From: a virus
Reading direction: 5' to 3' (one strand)
IMG/VR virus record: IMGVR_UViG_3300045303_000152
Span: 1-64,000 of that record
DNA: 64,000 nucleotides
This document shows positions 18,394 to 28,427 of this stretch, one piece after another (the first letter of the stretch is position 1; each line of letters starts with the position of its first letter). The translations under genes were made by a program, and so were the position numbers. A model generated the notes under the pieces. It was given only the letters and a program-made list of their open reading frames with translations, ran no database searches and was not told the origin of the DNA.

Positions 18394-21300
18394 TTAGTTG
18401 ACTGTCGACCCACGACGATCGTTGGGAGATCCCACCGTCGTCACATGACTAACGCCGTCAATCGCATAACCCGCCGCACCACCAACCCCATGATACCCGC
18501 CACCTAAGTCTACACCATCCTGACCAGCTAGCCCAGGCCCACCACCCGCGCCATTCGTACCACCACCCAAACCGCCAGCATCTGCCGTACCGGCCACACC
18601 GGGGAAAAAGCCTGCTCCTCCAGCGCCCGGTACGGTACCTGCGCCGCCGCCACCGCCTACAGAAGCTATAAAGAAACCACCCGTACTGCCTAGACCGCCA
18701 CCGCCGCCACCGCCCCACAGCTCAGCCGTTGCAGCACTATCATCAAGCGTGATGGGTACTCGCGTATAAAGTGCAGTGCCACCTTGATATCCATCATTAT
18801 GGCCGACTTGGTTACCATCACCACCAGCACCTTGAATTCTACCATAGATGGTTATGGCAATTGGGAAGCCAACCGGCCAACCCGTTTGCACATCAAAGGC
18901 CCGTAGGCTTGTATTTGCAGAGCCAACGACGACGCCCGAGTTAATGATGACAGTTAGATTGACGCCATAGACCACGTCACTGTCAGTCGGTACTGGGAAG
19001 ATAGTGTTATGCAAGTCGTACAGATTGATATTGTTAATCGGCGTATCAATCGTGATGACGCGATCAATCAAAGCCGTGGCTGACTGCTCGGTGAACAGCA
19101 TCTCTTCTGCTGTTATTTCATAGCGATCGGCAAAGGGCGCGACTTGTGTTATCTGTATGGGCAACGTGATTACATTGCCCATCTCATCTTGGGAACCGTG
19201 ATAGCTCATCTGGTACCCACCGCCCTCGGCAGGTACTAGCACGTTACTGTTGCGCTGTATCGAAAAACTAACCTTTCTCGGTGGCGAGACGAACCTGCCC
19301 ACCTGAAGCTGATTGGCACGATCGGCAGCGTTGGACCCGAAAGCCGGTATCCAAAGCGCGTAACGCTTTAGAATTACTGCCGTGCCGCTGAATGACGCAG
19401 CCTCAAGATCAGTCAGCACGGCTCCTGATCTAAAGTTATTTTGCTTGTCGAGCGGGTCACACGGGTTACGCGTGCCGTAGAAGACCCAGGACTCTGTGAC
19501 TTGCTTGGTCGGCTGCTCTTGTACCTTTATGCTGCCTTGGATTATGTTGCTCTCATCGTAAGTATAGGCCGTAGTAGCAATAGCCCTCAGCACCTGCAAC
19601 TGTAGCAACTGGTTTAGGTTATCCCACCAGATTATCAAGCCGGCATCTTGAATTAAGTCCTTCAATAGCTCATTGATGCCTGTGGGCTGAGCAATAAGCC
19701 GTGAGTAGAGCAAGCCTAGGTTGGTCGAAACTTCCGTATCCCACGTGCTAAGAGGAATTACGCTCACCGGCACTGCGGTATAGCCCGTCAGCAAAGTATA
19801 GGCAGCCCGAGCCGGGGTTTGCGCGTTGATGTACAAACATTGCTGCACCCTATCTTCAGAACTATGATCGGCAGCAGTCGAGCCAAACTGGGCGCGAATG
19901 ATATTGAACCTATCACCCGATGTTGTGCTCCATGCAGCCCCCGGCACTTGAAAACTCTGAGCAACTCTAATATTCGCGTTGCCCTTGACCACTCGTATTT
20001 CGTCCATCCAGCCATTGAGGCTGTTGGCACCTGCAGAATTGCCGTCGCCCCCGATTGTCGGCCGGCTGGTACCATTTAAGTAGTTATTGACATCTGTATA
20101 GTCTAAACCTTGCTGCACTCCATTGAGGTACAACCGCGTAGTGCCGGAATATCTAACCAACGTGACAAAGTACCAAGTTGCAGTCGTCAACGTCGTCGCG
20201 CCGGTAATCCTATCTGCTGCGTTGGTGTGGTACACCAGCACATTACCAGCCGAGAGTTTGATGGTTGGATATAGCCCCGTCACACCTGACGGCCGGCTAT
20301 CGTATAGCGTGCGCGCAACGCCCACGGCATTCAAGCGCAACCAGAAATCAATTTGGAAGTCACCTGTACCGAACGCAAAGCCAGCCGAGCCGTCGCTGCT
20401 AAGGTAATCACCCGTACCATCAAACAGAGCGCTCGCCGTACCAAACTTGAATTGTGCAGTATCTATCTGCGCGTTGCCATTAGCAGTCGTAGTATGCCCA
20501 TTCCCCGAACTATCCGTGAAAGTCGTGCTGGCATCGACACCATCACAATGCAACAGCAGGGTTGTAAACGCGTCGATGCCAGGATCACGGTAGAAATTAA
20601 CTATCTCCGTGCCGGCGATGTTCACATAGCCTTGCGTGTCATATTCTATACTGCCAATACCCGTTGGTGTAATCACCATAGTGAGATCGACTGCAAGAAT
20701 ATTAGCCAGCAAAAAGCCTGAGTTAGAAAGTGGAGCCTGAGCGCGGTCGTCGTCGGCAAACTTAAGAATATCCTGAGCCGTGACGCTGAACACATCCTTA
20801 GCATCTGGCCCATCAAAGCTATCGGTATACAAGTAACGAGTGATGAAATCAGTTATCTCATCACCAATATAGCCATGCTTCAAGCGGAAAGGTTGGGCTC
20901 GCCTGAATATCTTGCTGGCGCGAAACTTGCCCCAATGCGTGCCAACGTCGTAGAACTCGCCATAGCTCGCGCCTGGACTATCAGAAAACTTGACGACGCA
21001 TTTGGCTCGCGTACCCAAATCCTGCCCCAGCGACAGCATGTTAGGCGTGTATTGGATATCAGTGATGCGAGGCTCTGCATCGAAGTCGATGGGTAAATAA
21101 CTAGCTGCCTTGGCATAGCGCAGAGTTTCAGTCGTAGCACCGAAGTAGCTGCGAGCTCTAAACATACCACAGTAGGATAGGTTCACAGCTGCAGTAGAGT
21201 ACAAACCAGCGTAACCCGCAGCAGTGATGGTACTACTAGAATCTATATATGATAGTTGGAATAAAGCCGGCTCGTCGCTAAGCTCACCGCGCCACACCTT

Positions 21301-22551
21301 GGCTCGAAGCTCAACACCATTGGCAACATCACTTACACTGATAGCGTCATATCTTATCCAGATATTTTCACCAACAAGATAGTCGAAACTGAGTGTAGCT
21401 AACGTTGAAACAACGCCAGCGTATCTCTTCTTGATAAAGAGCGAGTTGAGGCCGCCAAGTATACAATAATATCCCGAACCCGCAGCACCGACAGTTGTAT
21501 CCCCACGCAATACAATGCCTGGACTAGAAGCACTACTGCCCACTCGCACCCAAGCAATGGCAGAGACATCGTCGGTTGCTGGAAACAGCGTCCAGGCAGC
21601 AAATGAGGGCACACCCGTGCTGACAGTGCGTTCGAACTTCAGGCAACGATCTATAGAAAAACCAAACGCGTTGTCCGTCAGCAAAGTATAGGCCCGCGTT
21701 GGCGGGGTGAAAGCCGCAGTCCAACGTGCGACATTAGAAATACGGAACTCGTCAATCCAGCCGAGCCAGTCTCCTCCAGCAGCCCGCTCACCTTCCCTAC
21801 CAATCGCTAAGTTGTTGCTGCTATCGTTTATTGCGCCGGTGATGGCAACGGTGCTTTTTACAACGCCATCTATATACATGGTGATCACATTGCCTGAGCG
21901 AACAGCAGCAAAGTGATGCCATCCCGTATTGGTCAACCCAGTATATTGAGTGCCACTGCTACAGGCAATTACGGTAGAACCCTGCCCGACAAAGAAACTA
22001 AATTGATTGCTGACTACACGCGCGATCCTAAATGAAAGAGTTGAGGTAGTCTCTGTGCTATTGACTTGACCGGCAATGTGCCTCTGAACACCCCCAGCGC
22101 CATCGGAAGCGGCGATTTTGAACCAGCAGTCGATGGTCCAGTCACCTGATCCTAGCGTGAAATCCACATGATCGGGCGTATCGACGTAATCTCCAGTTCC
22201 ATCGAACAAGCCCGATGCAGTGCCAAACTCCTTATCAGCCGTATCGAGCTGTGCATTACCGTTAGCAGTCCAAGTATGTGCCGAGCCTCCCTGGTTACTG
22301 TCAACGAATGAGGTACTAGCATCAGTACCATCCATATGAAGCAAAACCTTGGTGTAAAAATCATTGCCACCAGGGTTAAGAATACCAGATGTATCATAGC
22401 CCTGCGCTGTGACTGAAGCTTGCGCCCAATAGATAGTAAAGTTGGGGACACTCTTACCATCACGTGAATTCTCAAACCGCGTAATGCGGTAAGCGTCGAG
22501 ATCCATCTCGACGAATTCAACTACCTCACCGACTATCGGGGCTGCCATCAC
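18394..22551 (-). CDS. central tail/baseplate hub protein with two LamG/ConA-like domains and a Gly-rich C-terminus
   Basis: two copies of LLHxDG.DAST.F.DS...TANGNAQ.DTA...FGTAS.LFDGTGDY...G..DE.R; position after the tape measure. Confidence 0.8.
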   Translation of the reverse strand: MMAAPIVGEVVEFVEMDLDAYRITRFENSRDGKSVPNFTIYWAQASVTAQGYDTSGILNPGGNDFYTKVLLHMDGTDASTSFVDSNQGGSAHTWTANGNAQLDTADKEFGTASGLFDGTGDYVDTPDHVDFTLGSGDWTIDCWFKIAASDGAGGVQRHIAGQVNSTETTSTLSFRIARVVSNQFSFFVGQGSTVIACSSGTQYTGLTNTGWHHFAAVRSGNVITMYIDGVVKSTVAITGAINDSSNNLAIGREGERAAGGDWLGWIDEFRISNVARWTAAFTPPTRAYTLLTDNAFGFSIDRCLKFERTVSTGVPSFAAWTLFPATDDVSAIAWVRVGSSASSPGIVLRGDTTVGAAGSGYYCILGGLNSLFIKKRYAGVVSTLATLSFDYLVGENIWIRYDAISVSDVANGVELRAKVWRGELSDEPALFQLSYIDSSSTITAAGYAGLYSTAAVNLSYCGMFRARSYFGATTETLRYAKAASYLPIDFDAEPRITDIQYTPNMLSLGQDLGTRAKCVVKFSDSPGASYGEFYDVGTHWGKFRASKIFRRAQPFRLKHGYIGDEITDFITRYLYTDSFDGPDAKDVFSVTAQDILKFADDDRAQAPLSNSGFLLANILAVDLTMVITPTGIGSIEYDTQGYVNIAGTEIVNFYRDPGIDAFTTLLLHCDGVDASTTFTDSSGNGHTTTANGNAQIDTAQFKFGTASALFDGTGDYLSSDGSAGFAFGTGDFQIDFWLRLNAVGVARTLYDSRPSGVTGLYPTIKLSAGNVLVYHTNAADRITGATTLTTATWYFVTLVRYSGTTRLYLNGVQQGLDYTDVNNYLNGTSRPTIGGDGNSAGANSLNGWMDEIRVVKGNANIRVAQSFQVPGAAWSTTSGDRFNIIRAQFGSTAADHSSEDRVQQCLYINAQTPARAAYTLLTGYTAVPVSVIPLSTWDTEVSTNLGLLYSRLIAQPTGINELLKDLIQDAGLIIWWDNLNQLLQLQVLRAIATTAYTYDESNIIQGSIKVQEQPTKQVTESWVFYGTRNPCDPLDKQNNFRSGAVLTDLEAASFSGTAVILKRYALWIPAFGSNAADRANQLQVGRFVSPPRKVSFSIQRNSNVLVPAEGGGYQMSYHGSQDEMGNVITLPIQITQVAPFADRYEITAEEMLFTEQSATALIDRVITIDTPINNINLYDLHNTIFPVPTDSDVVYGVNLTVIINSGVVVGSANTSLRAFDVQTGWPVGFPIAITIYGRIQGAGGDGNQVGHNDGYQGGTALYTRVPITLDDSAATAELWGGGGGGGLGSTGGFFIASVGGGGGAGTVPGAGGAGFFPGVAGTADAGGLGGGTNGAGGGPGLAGQDGVDLGGGYHGVGGAAGYAIDGVSHVTTVGSPNDRRGSTVN

Positions 22552-23420
22552 TCTACTATCCCCTGCATGTCAAGCGTGATTTGAAACAGCTCGGGGTAGG
22601 TATGCGATATCTGTGGTATGGCATCACTCATGAGCCAAGCGTAGCCAACCTCAAGAGGGTAGCTAACGGGCGCCCACGCGAAGAAAAACGTTGCAGTACC
22701 CGAGGCATCGGCAAAGGGCTCGAAGTTCTCGCGATACCAATCAGGGCTCATGAACGCCAGCGAGCATGAAGTCTCGACCTTTTGACCGACAATGTTGCGG
22801 CCGAGAAACTGCCCGCTCTCGCTCATGCCTGACGTGACTTGCCGCTTGCGGCCATAGGGCAACGGTGTAAACGTCGCCTGCACCTTGCGCTCGCAGATTA
22901 GTAGCTTACCAACTGAGAGCACCGCCGCGCGAACCTTATCACTGGTACCACTGGCCGTCATAACCAGCTTGACAGCAACATAGATATCGGCCGTGAAGCG
23001 AAACATCAGTGGCCAGTTATTGGCCACGATAACGTCCTGTGTCACAGCCACGTATACGGGATTACCTGAACCATCTAGCGATGTCGCTCCGTACACTTGC
23101 AGTATACGGAGCCCATCGCCGAAGTTATGGCCAGCAACGGCCAAGCAATCAATCTCATCATCGTTATTGGCATCCATCCACTCGAAGAAGATGCTTTGCC
23201 CCGCCGACAACTGCTTGAAATAGTTACGACCTCCCGTTGAAGGATTGGCAAGGTTAATAGTCGGGTAGGAAGGATCCTCAACCGTAGCAAGACCAGTTGC
23301 CACATCAGCCGAGCGAATGTTAGACGTTGACACCTTGTTATCCCAAAGTATTAAGGGATTATCAGTGTCAAAACTCTCTTCACCTGGACTAAGGACCAGT
23401 GAACTTGATATAACGATCAT
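22548..23420 (-). CDS. distal tail (Dit-like) virion protein
   Basis: directly after the tape measure; AGHNF, SESGQFLGR and FFFAWAP motifs. Confidence 0.65.
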   Translation of the reverse strand: MIVISSSLVLSPGEESFDTDNPLILWDNKVSTSNIRSADVATGLATVEDPSYPTINLANPSTGGRNYFKQLSAGQSIFFEWMDANNDDEIDCLAVAGHNFGDGLRILQVYGATSLDGSGNPVYVAVTQDVIVANNWPLMFRFTADIYVAVKLVMTASGTSDKVRAAVLSVGKLLICERKVQATFTPLPYGRKRQVTSGMSESGQFLGRNIVGQKVETSCSLAFMSPDWYRENFEPFADASGTATFFFAWAPVSYPLEVGYAWLMSDAIPQISHTYPELFQITLDMQGIVE

Positions 23421-25270
23421 CCGCTCCTCGTCTTCGTGGTAATCATGGTCGCGCCATTCTTCACAGCATCGTTCATGCGCTCGATCAGCGCGTTTAACTG
23501 GGTTCCCGTGTAAACCATTGCAGGATCCACACCCTCGATTGTGATTGCCTGACTAGGAGGTGTTGGGGGCGTGGTTGACGATGCGGCTGTTGCAGTAGTT
23601 GAGCCAGTACTCCCACCACCAAAACTGCCACCAGCCCCTCCACCACCACCACCAGCATTACCTATCTGCAGTGCGCCAGCAGCTATGATGCTAGCTATCT
23701 GAATAGCGCCCATAGCTTTGACAAAGGTGTAATACCCCCAATTAGGAGCAGGAGGCACAGCAAGTGCTTGCATAGCTGCCGCCTCATTCGCCATGTAAGC
23801 TTGCGCAACGGCCACGGCCGTATTGACCGCAAGTCCGGCGATAGCAGCAGCCTTGTTCTTCTGGCCCATGATTTGGAATACGTTCGCAATTCCTGTAGCT
23901 GCCGCAGTTGCAGCATTAAAGCCGATCATGAATTGCTGGCGCTGGATATTCGCGATGGCAATGTAACTACGAGCATTCTCCATCTCAAACAGCCGATTAG
24001 CTTCTACAGCTATCTCTTGCTTGTTGCTAAGATAAATTTGAAGCTCGGTCAACCGACGGGCAAAACTTTCCTTTTCTAGTTGCTCTTCGCCAACCAAGCT
24101 TTCACGAATTGATTGAAACTGACCAGCGGCCTGCGCAATTTGCAACTTATCGCGCATGGCCTTAGTCTCATCCTGAGTTAATTCCTTACCTGTAGTCCTA
24201 ACTTGGTTGGCAATCATGTAGAGTTTGTTCAATACTTCTTGCTCATAGGTAAGGAATTTACCCAACTCTATCTCTTTATCCAAATCAGCATTGATATCTT
24301 TTAATGTTTTCGACCGGGCAATTTCTTGCTCAGCTGTTAGCTTCTTCCCGGCAGCTATATCTATCTTATCTTGTAAATCGGCAATGACCTTCCAATTCTC
24401 TATTTGCCGACGCTGCGTATCTTGCAATAATGTTGCCCAACCAACCTGCGCCTTGGCCCGATCAGCTAATTCTTTAGCATACGTGTTAGCACTGGCTAGT
24501 TCATTCTTCCACTGAACAGTCTTATCTTCAACCTTTGGCATAAAACCAGCTATGTATGAAATAGCATCACGTACCTTACCAAGTAAGAATACGATGCCAC
24601 TACTCGCCCCAAGCAATTGATCTAGTCTAGCGAATGCATCACCAAACGCAGTCAATGCTTGACTAGCCGAACTTAGAATAGTTGGTTGTTGCAATGTTGC
24701 TAAGTGAGCTTCGTATGCCAAGAAGATCTTATTAACTTCTTCCACAGTAACGCGCGTACCGATAGCTGATTGCTGTAAGGCAGCGTAGCTCTTAGTCAAA
24801 TCTCCTAATGATTTCTGACTGGTTAGCGCAGCCGTAGTGATAACTGTGAAAGAGTTAGCTACCTGATTGCTGATACTGCTAACTTCTGCCAATGAGTTTT
24901 GCAAAGTTGCAAACTGGGTAATGCTGGATACAATAGCTAACACAACTCTAGATAGCATCTGAGTAGCAAGATTGCCCATCACCGTACCTAAGGCAATCGT
25001 AACCGGACTGACGCCAAGCATGCCGGTCGTCAACTCGCGCATGTAGCGGCCAAGATTGCCACTACTGCCGCCTAAGTCATCGGTTGGCTTTTTAAGCTTG
25101 GTGACGCCAGCCCCGGCTTTCTCCATCGAGTTAGTTAGATTAGTGACGTTGGCAGTTAGCCCCGTCATATTCTTAGCTAGCTCTTCGACATTCCCCTTCA
25201 GCGAGTTCAGGCTAGGGCCTAGCTTGCTTACATCTATTTCTACTTTAGTAGTCAGTGAGGCTACTTCCAT
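23417..25270 (-). CDS. tape measure protein
   Basis: 617 aa Ala/Leu-rich helical protein after the tail chaperones, Gly-rich linker near the C-terminus. Confidence 0.82.
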   Translation of the reverse strand: MEVASLTTKVEIDVSKLGPSLNSLKGNVEELAKNMTGLTANVTNLTNSMEKAGAGVTKLKKPTDDLGGSSGNLGRYMRELTTGMLGVSPVTIALGTVMGNLATQMLSRVVLAIVSSITQFATLQNSLAEVSSISNQVANSFTVITTAALTSQKSLGDLTKSYAALQQSAIGTRVTVEEVNKIFLAYEAHLATLQQPTILSSASQALTAFGDAFARLDQLLGASSGIVFLLGKVRDAISYIAGFMPKVEDKTVQWKNELASANTYAKELADRAKAQVGWATLLQDTQRRQIENWKVIADLQDKIDIAAGKKLTAEQEIARSKTLKDINADLDKEIELGKFLTYEQEVLNKLYMIANQVRTTGKELTQDETKAMRDKLQIAQAAGQFQSIRESLVGEEQLEKESFARRLTELQIYLSNKQEIAVEANRLFEMENARSYIAIANIQRQQFMIGFNAATAAATGIANVFQIMGQKNKAAAIAGLAVNTAVAVAQAYMANEAAAMQALAVPPAPNWGYYTFVKAMGAIQIASIIAAGALQIGNAGGGGGGAGGSFGGGSTGSTTATAASSTTPPTPPSQAITIEGVDPAMVYTGTQLNALIERMNDAVKNGATMITTKTRSG

Positions 25271-25276
25271 AGCGCG

Positions 25277-25708
25277 TTATTCTCCACCCGGTACGTAGGA
25301 TGTGGCAGTACGAATGTTACCGCCGATTGCAACATAAACTCTATCCGCAGTATTGATAATGGTTGGCGTCATGAAGGGCCTAGGCGCTACTCTACCCGTA
25401 CCAAACTCTAGCCAAGATGACTTAGGATCATTGCTAGAGAGTACCACCGTGCGGCTGTATTGATTGCCACGAAATACCACGCTGAGCCCGCTAACGAGCG
25501 CGCCGGTCTCACTAGCGGGAGCTTCTCCCGGCGCGCTGGCTTGGTGACTGCCGTACATGCGACCAGTCTTAGGCGTGTCGAGTATGAGGCGGCGAGCTTC
25601 AGCAATCAGTATCTCGCCCGTGCGGCGCAGCCCACCGTCAACGCCGGCCAATATACGGGCTTGAGCTTGATCGCCCTTCCAAACAAACTTGACTTGTACG
25701 ACTGCCAC
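25277..25708 (-). CDS. HK97 gp10-like tail completion protein
   Basis: HQASAPGEAPASETGAL, LEFGT...PRPFM. Confidence 0.85.
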   Translation of the reverse strand: MAVVQVKFVWKGDQAQARILAGVDGGLRRTGEILIAEARRLILDTPKTGRMYGSHQASAPGEAPASETGALVSGLSVVFRGNQYSRTVVLSSNDPKSSWLEFGTGRVAPRPFMTPTIINTADRVYVAIGGNIRTATSYVPGGE

Positions 25709-25721
25709 AGCCTACCCCCAA

Positions 25722-26060
25722 CTAACGTCTGATCCTGACTGGACTTCGTGTATGCTTACTCCCAAACATTGCATCAAAAGCAGCAGGTGTCATTGGCGTA
25801 GGTTTACCACCAGCAGTGACAGGCAGCAATTTTACCTTTGAAGCATCCTGTTCTGCTTGGCGCTTCACTTGCCATGGAGCAAGTGTTGGCTCGCTTGAAC
25901 CGTGGATAGTCTTCAGCATTTCTAAATGCCCACGCTGCGCTAGCAGTATTGCATTGACATCGCTATGCAGCACTTGTTCTTCGCTCCAGTAAAGCCAACC
26001 TAAGGCAAACTCAGCTAATCCATCGTACCAGTTCTCAAGCTGAGTAAGCCGGTCGCGCAT
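25722..26060 (-). CDS. tail assembly chaperone, downstream (T-like) segment
   Basis: ALGWLYWS motif; reached by a -1 frameshift from the upstream ORF. Confidence 0.75.
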   Translation of the reverse strand: MRDRLTQLENWYDGLAEFALGWLYWSEEQVLHSDVNAILLAQRGHLEMLKTIHGSSEPTLAPWQVKRQAEQDASKVKLLPVTAGGKPTPMTPAAFDAMFGSKHTRSPVRIRR

Positions 26061-26482
26061 TAACTGGAGCTCTTCCCGTTTCCCATTGGCTCGTTACCAT
26101 CGGCCTCTTCCTTATCGAGATTGAGGGGGCGACCGCCGCGCATGAGAGCGATGATATACTTCTGACACGTCAAGGCGAAGGCTCCTGTGTCATCAGTAAG
26201 CCCAGCGCCGAACACCTTATCCATAAACTCCTTGCGCTGGCGAGCACTCTGATACGATGGGCCAAGGCCGAGCACCAGTACATCCTCTACTGCCTGCACG
26301 TCGAGCCGAGCCAGCTTGTCGATAACATCCTGCAAGCCACCGTACTTGCTACTGAGCACGCGCATGGCGTTGATAGTTGGCTTCATCTCGAAAGTGTGGC
26401 CATCCAACTCGAAGGTTACGTTACCTTGCCCGAGCTTTGGCGCGGTACTCAGTGGATTGGTGGTGGCGTCTTGCATTGGCAT
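26060..26482 (-). CDS. tail assembly chaperone (G-like)
   Basis: lies between tail tube and tape measure; slippery site at the 3' end. Confidence 0.78.
   Translation of the reverse strand: MPMQDATTNPLSTAPKLGQGNVTFELDGHTFEMKPTINAMRVLSSKYGGLQDVIDKLARLDVQAVEDVLVLGLGPSYQSARQRKEFMDKVFGAGLTDDTGAFALTCQKYIIALMRGGRPLNLDKEEADGNEPMGNGKSSS
26078..26084 (-). other. programmed -1 ribosomal frameshift heptamer G GGA AAC
   Basis: X XXY YYZ in correct phase; the -1 frame reads K R E E L Q L into the ATG of 25722..26060. Confidence 0.8.
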
Positions 26483-26605
26483 GGGGTTTGTTCCTCAGTT
26501 TCTAGGTCTTATTCGCTTTCGTTTCGCTCGCCGGCCACTTGCAGGTAGTTAGGGCGCCCGAAAGCTTGGCCGGTCCAAAGCATGCGATAGCGTGGCAATA
26601 ACTGA

Positions 26606-26637
26606 TTGACTTGCATAGTAACAGTGGTAATATGCAA
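26606..26637 (+). promoter_or_regulatory. sigma70-like promoter for the HNH gene with an overlapping inverted repeat
   Basis: TTGACT-N16-TAATAT with TG extension; TTGCATA (26611-17) / TATGCAA (26631-37). Confidence 0.6.
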
Positions 26638-26670
26638 ACCTGCTTTACGTTTTAACCTCAGGAGTTTGCA

Positions 26671-27258
26671 ATGCCCCGCCTCAAGTCAACCCGCCTTTGT
26701 TCTATTCCTAAATGTAATCAGAGACATCGAGCATTGGGATACTGCAACAAGCACTACCAGAAATACAAAAAGCTAGGAGATCCACTAGCTAATTTACCTA
26801 GAAGACCTACTTCTAAGTGGTTAAAAGAGCATTATCGTTATGATGGAGATGAATGTCTTATCTGGCCATTCAGCCTACTACCAAATGGATATGGACAGTG
26901 CGCTAATTACTTTGGAGTAGGCAAAGGCGCACATAGAAATATGTGCTACATGGTTCATGGTAAGCCGCCAACTCCAAAGCATGAAGCTGCGCATAGCTGT
27001 AAACAAAATAGAGCTTGTGTACACCCCAAGCATTTAAGCTGGAAGACAGCTAAAGAAAATAGAAAGGATAAAGTTAGACATAATACGCACAGGCGAGGCG
27101 AGCGTTGCCATCTAACAAAATTAACTGAGGCGCAAGTGAAACAAATAAGAAAATTGCAAGGACAGTACACGATGTATGTCCTTGCTGAAAGATTTGGCGT
27201 TAGCTACGGAGCAATCAACAACATCATGCTCCGACGTTCATGGGCATGGTTAGCTTAG
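26671..27258 (+). CDS. HNH homing endonuclease with C-terminal HTH, inserted antisense in the tail operon
   Basis: CLIWP...GYG, AHR, AAHSC..RACVHPKHLSW...EN, KLTEAQV..IR...LAERFGVS; low GC. Confidence 0.9.
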   Translation: MPRLKSTRLCSIPKCNQRHRALGYCNKHYQKYKKLGDPLANLPRRPTSKWLKEHYRYDGDECLIWPFSLLPNGYGQCANYFGVGKGAHRNMCYMVHGKPPTPKHEAAHSCKQNRACVHPKHLSWKTAKENRKDKVRHNTHRRGERCHLTKLTEAQVKQIRKLQGQYTMYVLAERFGVSYGAINNIMLRRSWAWLA

Positions 27259-27734
27259 TGCGAGGCTGAGACTCTCACAATGTTGGAATTCACACCAAGG
27301 TTTGCAGATAATTTAACGACATTGTTGGCACTGTCTAGCTTCTCCTCCACCGACATGATCTTGGCGATGAAGTAGCGGTAGCTGGGTGTGCCGCCAAGCG
27401 GCGCGTCGTTGAACTCTACCTTGAACGCGTAATCGTTGGGCGTGGCTTCGGCTGCGCGCAGGGCAATCTGGCCGACGTCTTCCCAGTCAATGCCGATCAC
27501 TAGGTCCATACTGCCGGCATTGCGCGTGCCCTTCAGCTTCTGGGTACGAGTTTCGCCGATGGCATCGAAGGTGATCTCTGCGCTCTTGTCACCGAACGAG
27601 CCCATATTCTCAACCCAGCTAATCTCCACCCAGCTATTGCCTGAGAAATCAGCGAGCACGAAGTCATCGCTTTGGGCAGACATCGACTGCCCGATTGAGA
27701 TTTTACTACCTGCTGTTGCGAAGATGCCAGCCAT
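27255..27734 (-). CDS. major tail tube protein
   Basis: GSFGD...ITF...RTQKLKGTRNAG, YAFKVEFND; position. Confidence 0.85.
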   Translation of the reverse strand: MAGIFATAGSKISIGQSMSAQSDDFVLADFSGNSWVEISWVENMGSFGDKSAEITFDAIGETRTQKLKGTRNAGSMDLVIGIDWEDVGQIALRAAEATPNDYAFKVEFNDAPLGGTPSYRYFIAKIMSVEEKLDSANNVVKLSANLGVNSNIVRVSASH

Positions 27735-27757
27735 GTCCCTCGTCCCTTCCTGATTGC

Positions 27758-28204
27758 CTAGCTACGAAGTGCAGCCAGCTCGATTGCCAAAGTCACTGCC
27801 ATTCCCTTATTTTGGTCATCTGCGAAGCTAGGCGCTGGCCCCGTGGCAGTGATCTGCACTACTGTCCAACCTGATACCACTATAGCCTGACGGTTACGAT
27901 GGAACAAGTCGCGGGTCAGTAAGGCCAAGGCAAAGGCTTTCCTCGCGTTGTCGGGTGTGTCATTGGCAGAGTAGGCCATGATTGCTCTGGTAAACGTGGG
28001 GCGAAAGTCATTCACCCCATCATTGTCCAGCACGCCCATATCTTCTGACACGATCATCATAGGTAAGGGTGCATCGGTCGGCACTGGCCGCAGCGTGTAC
28101 ACTGGAAAGCTACCTTTGTAAGCCGGCAGCAAAGCAGTGATCGAGGCGTTGCCGACGATGGCACTCCTTAATGACTGTGACAGATCTGGGCTCGCAGCCG
28201 TCAT
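27758..28204 (-). CDS. tail terminator protein (DUF3168-like)
   Basis: immediately upstream of the tail tube; typical size and motif. Confidence 0.72.
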   Translation of the reverse strand: MTAASPDLSQSLRSAIVGNASITALLPAYKGSFPVYTLRPVPTDAPLPMMIVSEDMGVLDNDGVNDFRPTFTRAIMAYSANDTPDNARKAFALALLTRDLFHRNRQAIVVSGWTVVQITATGPAPSFADDQNKGMAVTLAIELAALRS

Positions 28205-28228
28205 GGCCGTTACTCTACCGGACTACCC

Positions 28229-28414
28229 TTACGCATTGAGCGCGCCGTACTTCTTCAACAAGATGTTGGCCATGTAGCGCGTGCCAGCGGGTGCGCCGGC
28301 ATCCAGATCGTTGCCGTACTTGCCGGTGGCCCAGTTCAGCCAGTAGAACGCGAAGTTGGGCATGGTCCCAGAAATCACGTAGTAGTTGATCCCAAAGCAC
28401 ACTACGAATTGCAT
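28229..28414 (-). CDS. hypothetical protein
   Basis: GAGGA SD; co-oriented. Confidence 0.55.
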   Translation of the reverse strand: MQFVVCFGINYYVISGTMPNFAFYWLNWATGKYGNDLDAGAPAGTRYMANILLKKYGALNA

Positions 28415-28427
28415 AACCTTGTCCTCT

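Noticed and set aside
15025-22551. Diversity-generating retroelement or invertible tail cassette
   Set aside because: No reverse transcriptase or invertase, and no adenine-specific TR/VR pair; the LamG duplicates differ at all base types
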